64,000 bases of DNA from Candidatus Spongiisociaceae bacterium. GTDB lineage: Bacteria > Actinomycetota > Acidimicrobiia > Spongiisociales > Spongiisociaceae. A program made the position numbers and the translations under genes. Below are positions 40,593 through 51,565 of the stretch, one piece after another. Position 1 is the stretch's first letter. Every line of letters starts with the position of its first letter. The DNA is taken from contig OZ253564.1 in assembly GCA_965262915.1 (NCBI GenBank), positions 4,032,001 to 4,096,000 on the forward strand, written 5' to 3'. Below the pieces are notes generated by a model. It was not told the origin of the DNA and did not search any database. It saw nothing but the letters and a program-made list of their open reading frames with translations.

Positions 40593-41657
40593 ATGCAAAT
40601 CCCTCGCGAACCCATAGCAATTCAGGAAGCTGCCGCACGCCTCGTCGAAATCTTTGCTGTACCCGACCTATCTGAGGATACGAGGTCTGGGGCTCGCACC
40701 GATGACGGTCGCGTGTGGGATGCCGTTTTCGCCATCCGAGGCCACTCCTTTGTATTGGAATGGAAAAGGTCAGGCTCTCTTGGCCCAGTGGCTAGCGCAA
40801 TCCGCCAGTTGAGGATGGCCCAAGGCAGCTTTCCGCACCCGGTGATCCCACTTCTGGCAGTCCCATACATGGGAAAGGCCGCGCAAGAGCGCTGCGCGCA
40901 GGCCGAACTTCCGTGGCTCGATCTCTCAGGAAATGCCAGAATCGTTGTTCCTGGCATCTTCTACCAAAACCTGGGGAATCCCAACCGGTTTCGCAGGCCC
41001 GGACGGCCCGAGAGCGCTTTCGGACCAAAGGGTTCTCGCATAGCAAGGTTGTTGCTCACGGAACCCTCCAGAGCCATGATGCAGCGCGCCATAGCCTCGG
41101 GCACCGGAGTAGACGAAGGACACACGAGCCGGGTCGTAGGCAAGCTCTTGGAAGCTGACTTGGTCGAGCGAGGAGAGGATGGCATCAGCGTCACAGACCC
41201 CGGGACGCTGCTCGACGCTTGGCGGGAAGTGTACAGATTTGACCGGCATCATGTGATCCGCGGCCACATCTCATCTCGAGGAGGTGACTCTCTGACCCAT
41301 ATCATCGCCGATACCTTGTCCAAGGCCGACGTGCGGTATGCAGCGACGGCCCTCCCCGCAGCATGGTTGTGGACGCGTTATGCACGATTCCGTCTCTCAA
41401 CCGTGTACCTACCAACTCCCCCTTCGAAAGGCATTCAGAAGGACCTCGGGTTTCGAGAAGAACCTCGAGGAGCAAACACCTGGCTGGTCGTGCCCAACGA
41501 CGAAGGCGTCTTCCACGGAGCGGAGTTGGTCGACGGCATACGTTGCGTCCATCCGGTGCAGGCCTATCTCGACCTGAAGGACCATCCCGAAAGATCGACG
41601 GAAGCCGCTGCAGAACTCCGAAGCCGGGTCCTCTTCCGGAGCGACGATGATCTCTAA
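40593..41657 (+). CDS. Type IV TA antitoxin, AbiEi-like (REase-like + HTH + AbiEi C-terminal domain)
   Basis: VLEWK, WLDLSGNARI, HTH, LLDAW, GAN and PVQAYLDL..ER..EAA. Confidence 0.8.
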   Translation: MQIPREPIAIQEAAARLVEIFAVPDLSEDTRSGARTDDGRVWDAVFAIRGHSFVLEWKRSGSLGPVASAIRQLRMAQGSFPHPVIPLLAVPYMGKAAQERCAQAELPWLDLSGNARIVVPGIFYQNLGNPNRFRRPGRPESAFGPKGSRIARLLLTEPSRAMMQRAIASGTGVDEGHTSRVVGKLLEADLVERGEDGISVTDPGTLLDAWREVYRFDRHHVIRGHISSRGGDSLTHIIADTLSKADVRYAATALPAAWLWTRYARFRLSTVYLPTPPSKGIQKDLGFREEPRGANTWLVVPNDEGVFHGAELVDGIRCVHPVQAYLDLKDHPERSTEAAAELRSRVLFRSDDDL

Positions 41658-42513
41658 GCCATCGACCGCTGACGGGTACGACTACGAGCAGTTAGGCCTT
41701 GTCCGTAGCACATGCCTCTACATTGCAACGAAGCTCGGCGATCTGCTTGACGAAATCGTTGTCGTCGGCGGCCTGGTACCCGACCTCCTTATTGACAAGG
41801 CCGACCTGCCGTCAGGTTTGGAACCTCACGCGGGCACGATGGATCTGGACATGGGGGTGGCGTTAGCAATGCTGAATCACGAGCGCTATCGAGAACTGAG
41901 CATGAGATTGCGGGACGCAGGATTCAAGCCGGACCTCAACGTACATGGCAGGATGAGATTACAGACTTGGACAGGACGCCCGGCTTACCATGTCTCAGTA
42001 GACTTCCTGATTCCTCCCACCGCCGACTCGGATCAGGGAGGCCGGCTTCTTCACATCGAATCTGACCTGGCCGCAGTAGTGACACCAGGTCTCGAATTGG
42101 CCTTTCAAGGCCGACGCCAGCTAGAACTGTCCGGCCGCACTCCTTCCGGCGCATCCGCCACAAGGACCATTCCGGTATGCAATCCAGGGGCGTTCACCGT
42201 TCTAAAAGCACTGGCCTTCGGGAACAGGGCAGAGAACAAAGACGCATACGACCTCTTCTACGTATGGAGTGGGGTTGGAATCCCCGAAGTTGTGAAGAGC
42301 CTGACTGCTCTGCAACCCAGCGGCTACATCGACGATGCGCTTGAGGTTGTTGCCAGAGACTTCTGTAACCACGATGGGCTTGGCCCCTTAGCAACGGCAG
42401 AATTCATCATGAGGGGGCCCGACGACAACGTACAAGCAGACGTCGTCGGCCGCGCTCTGGAGCTTCTCCGTGGCATGGGGACGGCTCTGACTCGGACTTC
42501 CACGCCACATTGA
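41647..42513 (+). CDS. Type IV TA toxin, AbiEii-like nucleotidyltransferase
   Basis: VVVGGLVP, HAGTMDLD, VDFL and LKALAF.NR..KDAYD. Confidence 0.8.
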   Translation: MISKPSTADGYDYEQLGLVRSTCLYIATKLGDLLDEIVVVGGLVPDLLIDKADLPSGLEPHAGTMDLDMGVALAMLNHERYRELSMRLRDAGFKPDLNVHGRMRLQTWTGRPAYHVSVDFLIPPTADSDQGGRLLHIESDLAAVVTPGLELAFQGRRQLELSGRTPSGASATRTIPVCNPGAFTVLKALAFGNRAENKDAYDLFYVWSGVGIPEVVKSLTALQPSGYIDDALEVVARDFCNHDGLGPLATAEFIMRGPDDNVQADVVGRALELLRGMGTALTRTSTPH

Positions 42514-42870
42514 ACACTCTCCTCGGGAAAGAAGAGCCAGATGGTCAGCCACGACCCCGCCCTCGTCATCGCTGTCGGCGATCCGCTCCCGGTCGCCACG
42601 CTGTCCGCGACGTGGTCGTGGGCTCGTCGTCCCATCCCTTAATCGTCGCCACGCCGGTGAGGGTGTGTCCGAAACGTCGCTGCTTCCGGCGGGGTCAGTT
42701 CCCGACTCGAGCCGCATAGGCAAAGCCACCAACGGTTGGCCTCCGCCGCTGCCGGTCCTCGCTCGGACCAGCAGCTAGCATCACCACGTCGTTCGTGGTC
42801 TCCGGCCTCGCGCGTTGCCACTGATCGTGCATGCCGGGAACAGCGCAAAGATTCTCACAAAGGAACGGAC

Positions 42871-44046
42871 ATGCTCGATGTGGACCCTGTTGTAGTGGTT
42901 GGGGCGGCGCGGACCGCCATCGGAACGTACGGCGGCTCGCTAAGCAAGATCGACTCCTACAAGCTCGGCGCCATAACCGTCAAGGAGTCATTGAGTCGAG
43001 CGGGCGTCGAGGTCGGAGAGGTCGACGAAGTGGTGATGGGCCAGATCGGCCAGGTGGGTCCGGACGCCTACAACGCCCGCCGGTGTGCGCTCGAGGCGGG
43101 TCTTCCGTCGTCCACCACCGCCATGAACGTAAACCGGCTGTGCTCGTCGGGCCTCCAGGCCATCGTCACCGGCGCTCAGCAGATCATGCTGGGAGAGGCG
43201 GACATCGTTGTCGCCGGGGGCAACGAGAACATGAGCAGCCAGCCCTTTCTCGACTACCAGGCTCGTGATGGTTGGAGGCTCGGAACCCGGAAGTCCATCG
43301 ACGGAACCCTCTCGCTGGTGACCGATCCTTTCGGCGGCTACCCGATGGGCGTCACCGCGGAAAAGGTGGCCGAGCGCTACGGGGTGGGCCGCCGGGAGCA
43401 GGACCGGTTCGCCGCCGAGAGCCAGTACCGCGCTGCCATAGCCATCAAGGAAGGCCAGTTCGAGGACCAGATCGTCGAGGTGGACCGCCCCAAGGACGAC
43501 CCGTTCCTGGTCGACGAGCACCCGAGGCCGAACACCACCGAGGAGAGCCTCGCCCGGCTCCGCCCGGTGTTCGTCAGAGACGGGACCGTGACGCCCGGAA
43601 ACTCGTCGGGCATCAACGACGGCGCCGCTTCGGTAGTGCTCATGAGCGAGAAGCTGGCCGAAGCCCGCGGCAGTGAACCCCTACTTCGACTGGTGGCCTG
43701 GGCGGTCAGCGGTATCGACCCGGAGGTGATGGGCTACGCCCCCGCTCTCGCTATCCCGAAGGTTCTCGACAAGGCCGGCCTGACCCTCGACGACATCGAC
43801 CTGATCGAGCTCAACGAGGCGTTCGCAGCCCAGGCGGTGGCCGTGATCCGGGACGCGGGCCTCGATCCTGAGAAGACCAACGTGTCGGGAGGTGCCATAG
43901 CGCTGGGGCACCCAGTCGGGGCCACCGGGACGATCCTGACCATCAAGCTGCTGCACGCTCTCGAGCGGATGGACGGCCGGCGCGGCGTCGTGACGATGTG
44001 CATCGGGGGCGGCCAGGGCATGGCGGCGATCTTCGAGCGCCCTTGA
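42871..44046 (+). CDS. Thiolase (acetyl-CoA C-acyltransferase)
   Basis: NRLCSSG, ELNEAFA, GAIALGHP and CIGGGQG. Confidence 0.96.
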   Translation: MLDVDPVVVVGAARTAIGTYGGSLSKIDSYKLGAITVKESLSRAGVEVGEVDEVVMGQIGQVGPDAYNARRCALEAGLPSSTTAMNVNRLCSSGLQAIVTGAQQIMLGEADIVVAGGNENMSSQPFLDYQARDGWRLGTRKSIDGTLSLVTDPFGGYPMGVTAEKVAERYGVGRREQDRFAAESQYRAAIAIKEGQFEDQIVEVDRPKDDPFLVDEHPRPNTTEESLARLRPVFVRDGTVTPGNSSGINDGAASVVLMSEKLAEARGSEPLLRLVAWAVSGIDPEVMGYAPALAIPKVLDKAGLTLDDIDLIELNEAFAAQAVAVIRDAGLDPEKTNVSGGAIALGHPVGATGTILTIKLLHALERMDGRRGVVTMCIGGGQGMAAIFERP

Positions 44047-44930
44047 CCGTATCCGCAGGCAGGTTCACCGGGGACATAGCCGCTGTCACCGAAATGCTCG
44101 CCGGCCAGGCCTACCTGGCCGACCGGGGGCTGTCCACCGCCATCTACCTGTCGCTCACGCTGCCCCAACCGCTCCTGCTCGAGGGCGAGGCCGGTGTCGG
44201 GAAGACGGAGGTCGCCAAGGCCCTGGCGAGCGGGCTCGGCATCGACCTCATCCGCTTGCAGTGCTACGAGGGGATCGACGCCAACCAGGCTCTCTACGAG
44301 TGGGACTACCCCCGCCAACTGCTCTACATGAGGCGAGCCGCCGAGGCCGGACTGGACGGCGAAGGACCGGATGAGCTCTTCGCCGAACGCTTCCTGGTCG
44401 AGCGCCCGTTGCTGCAGGCGGTAAGGAAAGGCTCCGGTTGCGTGCTGCTGATCGACGAGATCGACCGGGCCGACGACGAGTTCGAGGCGTTCCTCCTCGA
44501 GATCCTGTCCGACTTCCAGATCTCGATTCCCGAGATCGGCACGGTGCGGGCCTCCCGCCCGCCGATCGTGATCATCACGTCCAACCGCACCCGCGAGCTG
44601 CACGACGCATTGAAGCGCCGCTGCCTCTATCACTGGATCGACTTCCCGAGCCTGGAACGAGAAGTCGAGATCGTGACCGTCCGCGCGCCGGAGGTAGCGG
44701 GACGGCTCGCTCGGAGCACCAGCCGGGTAGTTTCGAGGCTGCGAGGGCTGGAACTCGTGAAGCAGCCCGGCGTGGCGGAGACGATCAACTGGGCCCGGGC
44801 GTTGAACCAACTGGGCGAGGAACGGGTAACCGACGAGAACCTCGATATCAGCCTGGGAGCGGTGATCAAGGACCACGACGATCTGTCCACGGTCCGGGGT
44901 CGCGCGAACGAGATACTGGATGGGATCTGA
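44043..44930 (+). CDS. MoxR AAA+ ATPase, CoxD-like
   Basis: GEAGVGKT, RLQCYEG, LLIDEIDR and ALKRRC. Confidence 0.92.
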   Translation: MTVSAGRFTGDIAAVTEMLAGQAYLADRGLSTAIYLSLTLPQPLLLEGEAGVGKTEVAKALASGLGIDLIRLQCYEGIDANQALYEWDYPRQLLYMRRAAEAGLDGEGPDELFAERFLVERPLLQAVRKGSGCVLLIDEIDRADDEFEAFLLEILSDFQISIPEIGTVRASRPPIVIITSNRTRELHDALKRRCLYHWIDFPSLEREVEIVTVRAPEVAGRLARSTSRVVSRLRGLELVKQPGVAETINWARALNQLGEERVTDENLDISLGAVIKDHDDLSTVRGRANEILDGI

Positions 44931-46062
44931 GCCCGGACCGACCGCGGAGTTGGTCCGGTTCGGACGCTTGCTACGCGCCCACGGCGCCAACGTGGGCGCC
45001 GGACAGGTCCTGTCCTACACGAGGGCGGTAGCCGACCTCGATCCGGCCGGCATCGATGACCTCTACTGGGCGGGCCGGATCACCCTCGTCAACCGGATGG
45101 TCGATCTGGCTATCTACGACGCCGTCTTCGACGCTTTCTTCATCGGTTCGGAGAACGACTCGCCTCCGCCCCTCCTGCCGCTGGCCAGCGCCGACGGAGA
45201 CGACGGAGATCCGGCATCGGTCTCCTTCGGCACCGACCGCCAGGAGATCGAGCTGCTCGATGTTGGGGACGAGGAACTTCCGGCCGCCGGAGGGCCCCGG
45301 GCCTCGAGCGCCGAGGTGCTGCGAACCAAGCACTTCGACCGGTGGACCGACGAGGAGTTCCGCCGACTGGCTCGCCTGCTCCCCGGTCTCCGACTTCCGC
45401 AGAAACGCAGCCGCCGCACCCGCCCCTCCCCGAGAGGCCCGCGCATCGACCTGCGCCGCAGCGTCCGCCACTCCCTCCGCTACGAGGGTGACCTGATCCA
45501 TCTCCGCCGGCGGATACGCGTGGAACGGCCCCGGCCGATCGTCCTGATCGTCGATGTCTCCGGATCGATGGCCGGTTTCTCGCGGGCTCTGGTCCAGTTC
45601 TCCTACGGGATGAGCCGGGCCTCCCAACGGGTGGAGGTATTCTGCTTCGGCACCAGGCTCACCCGCCTCACGAACGCCATGCGGGTCCGCGATCCCAACT
45701 CAGCACTGGACGAAGCGACCGAGTTGGTGGTCGACTGGGACGGGGGCACCAGGATCGGCGAGTCGCTGGGCGCCTACGTGACGAGGTGGGGCAAGTACCG
45801 GTTCAACCGCGGGGCGGTCGTGATCATCTGCTCCGACGGCTTGGAGCGGGGCGAGCCGGACCGGCTGGCATGGGCCATGCAGCGCCTGTCGCGCCAGGCC
45901 TACGCCGTCATATGGGTGAACCCGCTGGCCGGCGACCCGAAGTTCCAGCCGCTGGCGCGGGGACTGGTGGCCGCCCTGCCGTTCGTCGACGAGTTGATCG
46001 CTGGACACAACATCGAGGGTCTCGAGGACCTAGCCCGAGTCCTCGCAGGCTGGGCGGCGTAA
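44920..46062 (+). CDS. vWA-domain CoxE-like protein
   Basis: DVSGSM, FGTRLT, GGTRIG, SDGLE and WVNP. Confidence 0.92.
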   Translation: MGSEPGPTAELVRFGRLLRAHGANVGAGQVLSYTRAVADLDPAGIDDLYWAGRITLVNRMVDLAIYDAVFDAFFIGSENDSPPPLLPLASADGDDGDPASVSFGTDRQEIELLDVGDEELPAAGGPRASSAEVLRTKHFDRWTDEEFRRLARLLPGLRLPQKRSRRTRPSPRGPRIDLRRSVRHSLRYEGDLIHLRRRIRVERPRPIVLIVDVSGSMAGFSRALVQFSYGMSRASQRVEVFCFGTRLTRLTNAMRVRDPNSALDEATELVVDWDGGTRIGESLGAYVTRWGKYRFNRGAVVIICSDGLERGEPDRLAWAMQRLSRQAYAVIWVNPLAGDPKFQPLARGLVAALPFVDELIAGHNIEGLEDLARVLAGWAA

Positions 46063-46599
46063 ACCCGGCGGGTCAACATGGTCGCTGTCCCTGCCGGCCG
46101 CCGGCAGAGGCACCTTGTGGACCTTGCCACCACACCACCGTCGCGCACCGATGGTCACTGTCGCGCCGAGTGGTCGGGCCATGGTGATCGTCTCGTCTCG
46201 ATCTGTGATGGGCACGCGCTCAGCCGATCTGTTCGACAACGCCGCCACCCTGACCAGCTACTCAAACCTCAGCGACATGATTGGCGGCATAGCCGCACCG
46301 CCCGACCTCGTGATCCCCGAGTTCTCGATAGCCGAGCGCGGCCTGGGCGATTACACCGCCGCACCCAGCGCAGTCGATTTCGTCGGGAACCGGATAACCC
46401 CCGACAGTGACTCCCACCGAAACGAAGACAGGCCGGCTGTGTACATCGTGATCGAAGGTTCCCGCCAAGACGGGGGCAAAGGAGCCGTCGTCAACTGGTG
46501 GGGCCCAGGTGTGGGCGTTGTTGTGGCCGTTGTGACGTGCTATTTGATACCGCTGCTCCCCAAGCCCTGAATCGACCAGCTTGCACCCTGGGGCGTCGG

Positions 46600-46858
46600 G
46601 CAACTTACAGGAATGTTTCCAGAACTCCGCCGCGGCTGTTCTGTAGGAGAGGCGGGCTTGGCCGGTCGGTTCGTACAGGTAACGCCGGGCCGGGGCGGTG
46701 CGGGTCCGCCACCGGGTCAGGAACAGGGGACCGGTGGTCCGGTCTGCGAGGTAGCGGCCGAGGAGGCGGGCGGTGGGCGCCGCCCACACGACCATGTCTG
46801 TGTTGCCGCCCTTGGAACGGATACGGGCCCGCCGCCGCGCTCGGTCCAGGTCCTCCGA
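46600..46858 (-). pseudogene. Internal remnant of a tyrosine recombinase/integrase
   Basis: EDLDRARRRARIRSKGGNTDMVVW..TARLL..GPLFLT..TGQARLSYR. Confidence 0.7.
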
Positions 46859-47297
46859 GTCTTCGGTATCAGAACAGTCAGAGATCGGCCCCAGCTATGC
46901 CCGGCAAGCCAGCACGGAGAACGGTTCGGGTTGGGTAGTGCGGTTTGAGAACTCGATCTCGTCGAACGTAGGTGCGGCCGACTGGGTTAGGTACGACTAC
47001 GCTTACACGAAGAGGTTGTCCGGTGCCGGAGACTATCTGGCGCATGCTCATGCGACCCTCATCGAGGGGGACTCCTACGAGGGGGAGCAGGTGTTCAGCG
47101 CGTTTACCGACTCGTGCGCGACGAAAACCAAGGTCAACGGGCAAGCCAAAACATGTCGCTCATCGAAATACGACACTGGGCCCGGGGAAGAGTGGCTCGT
47201 CGTATCGGATCACACCTACGACGACGGCAATGACGGGGACAACGACGCATCTATCGCAGGCGAGTTGGACTGGGTGTGGACGGCGTCGAGCAGTTGA
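46855..47297 (+). pseudogene. 5'-truncated hypothetical (probably secreted) protein
   Basis: Acidic, aromatic-rich open frame abutting the integrase remnant; its stop overlaps the next start (TTGA). Confidence 0.45.
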
Positions 47298-48400
47298 CTC
47301 CCGAACGTTCCCTTCGTCTCGCAAGATGGGCGACCGTATTGGCTCTTCTCGTAGTGGCATGTGAGTCGGGGGTCCACGACGGACCCCCGACTCACGTTAC
47401 GGCAGGCGGAAACAGCGCAACCGCATTGTCCGAAACCGACGACAGGCACGACGAGACGGCCGTGCCGGAGCCGCGGCGCGACACAACCGTTCCCGACGAG
47501 TCCCCTGCGACGACGACACCAACAGACCCTGACGCCAACACACCCCCAGAACCCTCCGGACGGGTAGTAGTCCCGTCTCTGTACGGACCGACCCTTGTGA
47601 CCCCGATAGACCTCCAGGCCGGAATCGACACGCTCGATCCCGGCGACGCGGACGTGTTCGGCTGGCGGCCTGAGACCCCCGAGGACCTACCCGCAACCGC
47701 GTACCGGGTTGCTGTCTTCGGCAGGGGAGAACACGCCGACCCGCCACGACGGCCCACAGAGTTGATCGTCGCTGGCCGATGGCCGAGACCGATCAGAGCG
47801 AACGTGCTGTGTCTGGTAGACGCCGCACAGGTTCGGTGCTCGGAGCACGCAGCCGTGTGGAGGGTGGAGTTCGACGAACCGTCAATGGCCTTCCTGGAAC
47901 TGCCAGAAACCCAAGACCGACGCGACATCATCTTTGTCGAGGAACGGGACAGCCGACCCGAAGGAGTCATACCGGCATCACGACCACGACCCATAGACGG
48001 ATGGGATGTTCCCATCGGGACAGTCGGGGACCCGCTGCCGGAAGTCACCAACCCCCTCGGCGGATGCGACTGGGTTCTGTTCATGAACAGCCTCGAACCG
48101 CGGGAGACGTTCACACCCATGAGAACCAGACCCCCCGGCCCCGTCTACATGGTCATCAGCGTATGCGACGACCACCCGTCAAGCTACGAGATGGTCCCGC
48201 TAATCGTGGTGAACGAAACCACCGTCGCCCAAGTCGACGCATTCCAACCCTTCATCGCCCAACCAGGCGCCACCTACGCGTGGAAACTACCCGACACGCT
48301 ACTCGACACCACAAACACGATCAGAGCAGCAATCATCCGCAGAGCCCCAGCCGGAGGGTTTTGGATCACCCACCCGCTGGTCGCAAACACAGAACCGTGA
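47294..48400 (+). CDS. Hypothetical lipoprotein
   Basis: Signal peptide with LVVAC lipobox and a T/P-rich linker. Confidence 0.65.
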   Translation: MTPERSLRLARWATVLALLVVACESGVHDGPPTHVTAGGNSATALSETDDRHDETAVPEPRRDTTVPDESPATTTPTDPDANTPPEPSGRVVVPSLYGPTLVTPIDLQAGIDTLDPGDADVFGWRPETPEDLPATAYRVAVFGRGEHADPPRRPTELIVAGRWPRPIRANVLCLVDAAQVRCSEHAAVWRVEFDEPSMAFLELPETQDRRDIIFVEERDSRPEGVIPASRPRPIDGWDVPIGTVGDPLPEVTNPLGGCDWVLFMNSLEPRETFTPMRTRPPGPVYMVISVCDDHPSSYEMVPLIVVNETTVAQVDAFQPFIAQPGATYAWKLPDTLLDTTNTIRAAIIRRAPAGGFWITHPLVANTEP

Positions 48401-48533
48401 CCAAACGAACCGACCACCACGGCGGATGCCAGAACCAACCACCACAGAAAATAGGGGGGTAGCGTACCGGCCAGCCCGCGAAGCGGCCACACCCGTAGAC
48501 AGCACACGCGGGTCAGTCCACGGAGAGACCAAG

Positions 48534-49049
48534 ATGACAGAAGCGACCGGCAGGATCACCAACGACCCAATCGACTGGAAGATCCACAACTGGGAACAAG
48601 TACTCCCCGGTACGGGATTCGACAGAATCGAAGCTACCGCCCGCCTGGTACAACTCGGGGCCGCCTTAACCGAAACACTGGACCAAATCGCGAGGCAAGA
48701 AGGCCTGGCAAACCAGGGCGACTACCAAGTCCTCTCGATACTCCGACTCGCACACCACCAAGGCCAGCTCGTCACCGCCACCGACGTGGCAACCAAGCTC
48801 CAAATGACCACTGCAACAATGGTGAACCGCATAGACCGACTCGAAAAGCTCGGCTACACCCAACGCACTCCCCACCCGACCGACCGCAGGTCCACAAACC
48901 TCACCATCACACCAGAAGGGATAGCCTGCGTCCAGCGCATGGTCCTTGACCGCACCAAAGAAAGAGAACGACGGCTGGCCGTGCTCACCGACGACGAGCG
49001 TGCCGCTCTCACCACCACACTCGCAAAGCTCGCCGCAGCGTGGACCTAA
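48534..49049 (+). CDS. MarR-family transcriptional regulator
   Basis: DYQVLSILR and IDRLEKLGY..R.PHPTDRRS..LTITPEG. Confidence 0.92.
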   Translation: MTEATGRITNDPIDWKIHNWEQVLPGTGFDRIEATARLVQLGAALTETLDQIARQEGLANQGDYQVLSILRLAHHQGQLVTATDVATKLQMTTATMVNRIDRLEKLGYTQRTPHPTDRRSTNLTITPEGIACVQRMVLDRTKERERRLAVLTDDERAALTTTLAKLAAAWT

Positions 49050-49210
49050 CAACAGGCAAAGCGGACACGAGCACAGCGTCGACGCTCAGCGAGACAGACA
49101 GAACAAACCCCAACGGCCATAACACTCCCACCGGCGTAACGCCCGGTAGCGTGGTCTCACCTGTGGCCGGTATTTGCAGGTATCCGTCCCATACCTGCAT
49201 TACGAAACAA

Positions 49211-49854
49211 CTACGCGTCGGGTGGTCTTGGGTCGGTTGGGCGATACTCGGCCAAGTCCATGAGCGCTGTGATCTGCCGCGCTCGCGCCCGTACTATGGG
49301 TAGCGGGTAGCGTGGGAGCAAGTTTCGTGCCGCAGCCAGTACGGTCCGAGCTTGTGATGACGAGTCCTCAGCTTTGCTCTTGTATTTGCCCACGAACACG
49401 TCGGTCTGGGCGGTCTCCCTCCAATCGTTCCATGAGCCGATGGTTATCAAGGCTGCCTCAAGGCAAGCACGCTTAGTCACGTGCTCGATGGCGGAACCGC
49501 TCTGGGATCGGCGAGAGTGCCCGGTTCACGACGCCCGCCGCCGTAAAGCCGTCTATGTCACCGCGCACGAACTGTGAGCAGGACGTGTCGTCTGCGACGC
49601 GCAAAAGGACCATAGCCAAGACGGACCATTCCCAAAGGTCACGTGGAATGTCCAAAAGGGACTAGGACCAGTGGAGCGTCCCGGTACCGGGCTTTGCGGC
49701 GTTGTTCCCAGTGGCCTTCCATGGATGGCCTCTCAAGTGCCGCAAGAAGTCGCTTCCAATCTGCAGTTAGAAACGGGTAGCGGGCTATCAACACGATGGG
49801 CAGAAGAACTAAGCTCGCCACGACTAGCGTGATCTCCGGGTACAGGTCCAACAA
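49211..49854 (-). pseudogene. Fragmented hypothetical membrane protein
   Basis: Three short overlapping minus ORFs, the first with an N-terminal TM helix; lower GC. Confidence 0.35.
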
Positions 49855-50254
49855 CGCGGCTGTTTCTGGGGGGAGGGTGTCCCATAGTGGGAACTCGAGG
49901 GGTAGGAGGCTATGGGCTAGGACTGCAGCGAGTGCTCGTTTACACGGTCAACGCTGCCCTCGGCTCAGGTCGCAGCACTGTGCTCCTGTTAGAGGGTGGG
50001 CCGCCGATGGAAGCTATGACGCCCCGGGGTCGACCACTACTTCGGTTATCTATCCTGAACCGCACCGGGTAACCATCAACTCTCCGGGAAGCCCGGTGTG
50101 TTCAAGAGCGCCTCGAGCACGAAGACTCCACAGCCCATGGCCGATGTCCGAGGGTCACGACAAGCGCGGGCCGGAATGGTCGAAACCCCGAAACTCAAGG
50201 CCGTCCCCCCGCAACGGCTCATACTCCCGGCGGGTGAGCGGGAGACTCAGAACA

Positions 50255-51565
50255 CTAGGCCGTACCCTCGGGGTCGGTGGAATCTTGGGTGCTGCGGCGG
50301 AGCGAGTCGAGAATGTCCACCCCGGTCGCAGCCTCTATCTGCTCGGTCAGAGCCACCAGGGCGGCTGGCAGCTGGGACACCAGGCTGGGTATCCCCCCGC
50401 CATCGCTCCCTCGGTTGCTGCCGGTGTCCACGACTGCCACCCGGTCGATGCTGACGCCTTGCACGGTGGCGACGATCTTGTCGACGAGGTCGGGAAGCAT
50501 GTTGAGCACCAGCACGTGATGCCCGTCCGCACCGGCCGCCTGGTACTGGTCGGTGAGCAGCCTGAACACTTCTACTTGGGCCATGCCGTCCTCGATGATG
50601 CTCGCCGCTTCGGCTCGGGCCTGCAGCTGCCGGGCTTCGAGGTCGGCACGGGCCGGGACCACGACCGCGGCTTCGACCCGTCGCGTCTCCATCTCGATGC
50701 GCTGTCCTTCCAGTTCCTGGCTGGCCACCACTTTGGCGACCTCACCCGCTACCAGCGCTTCCTCCTCGCGAGCGTTGGAGACGGCTTCGAGTTCGGCGGT
50801 TCGTACTCGCAGACCGTTCTGTTCCACCACGATCGCCCTGTCCGCCTCGAGGCCGGCGATCTGTCCCACCTGCCGGGCGGCTGCCTCGGCCTGCTCCGCC
50901 TCGGCCCGCCGCTCTGCCTCCGCCACGCGGGCATCACGGATTACCTTGGCGGTAAGTTGGCGACCCACAGAGGTCAGGTACCCGACATCGTCGGTGACGT
51001 TCTGGATCTTGAGAACGTCCAGTTCCAACCCCAAGGTCTTGATGTCGTCGTCAGCCTCGTCGATCAGCTGCTGGGAGAACTTGAGTCGATCCTCGTTCAC
51101 CTCTTCCGGCGACATGGTGGCGAGCACGCCACGCAGGTTGGCTTCCAGCGTCTCCTTGGCGATCTGCCCGATCTGTGTAGTCGTCCGCCCCAGGAACCGC
51201 TCGGCGGCGTTCTCCAGCAAACCTTCACGGCTCGACACCTTCACGTTGGCGATCCCCGCCACGTTGAGAGGAATCGTCCCCTTCGAATAGGCGTTGGTCA
51301 CCGCGACTTCCAACGGGATGGTGTTCAGGTCCATCCACTGGACCCGCTCGATGACGGGAATACGGATGGTCCGCCCTCCCTGCAGAAGGCGGTAACCCAC
51401 CTCCCGTCCGTCGCTCAGCTCCCGTTTACGACCGGAAATTACTGCCACCCGGTTGGGTGGGCAGATAATGATCAGAGACTTGACTATAAGGATCAGGATC
51501 AGCAGCGCCACGGCCGCCGCCACCCCGACCAACAACGAAACCCACCACGCTCCTCCAGCCATCAT
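50255..51565 (-). CDS. Flotillin/SPFH (band 7) protein
   Basis: N-terminal TM, AAERFL, TLEANLRGVLA.M.PEEVNEDR and an AEA coiled coil. Confidence 0.93.
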   Translation of the reverse strand: MMAGGAWWVSLLVGVAAAVALLILILIVKSLIIICPPNRVAVISGRKRELSDGREVGYRLLQGGRTIRIPVIERVQWMDLNTIPLEVAVTNAYSKGTIPLNVAGIANVKVSSREGLLENAAERFLGRTTTQIGQIAKETLEANLRGVLATMSPEEVNEDRLKFSQQLIDEADDDIKTLGLELDVLKIQNVTDDVGYLTSVGRQLTAKVIRDARVAEAERRAEAEQAEAAARQVGQIAGLEADRAIVVEQNGLRVRTAELEAVSNAREEEALVAGEVAKVVASQELEGQRIEMETRRVEAAVVVPARADLEARQLQARAEAASIIEDGMAQVEVFRLLTDQYQAAGADGHHVLVLNMLPDLVDKIVATVQGVSIDRVAVVDTGSNRGSDGGGIPSLVSQLPAALVALTEQIEAATGVDILDSLRRSTQDSTDPEGTA

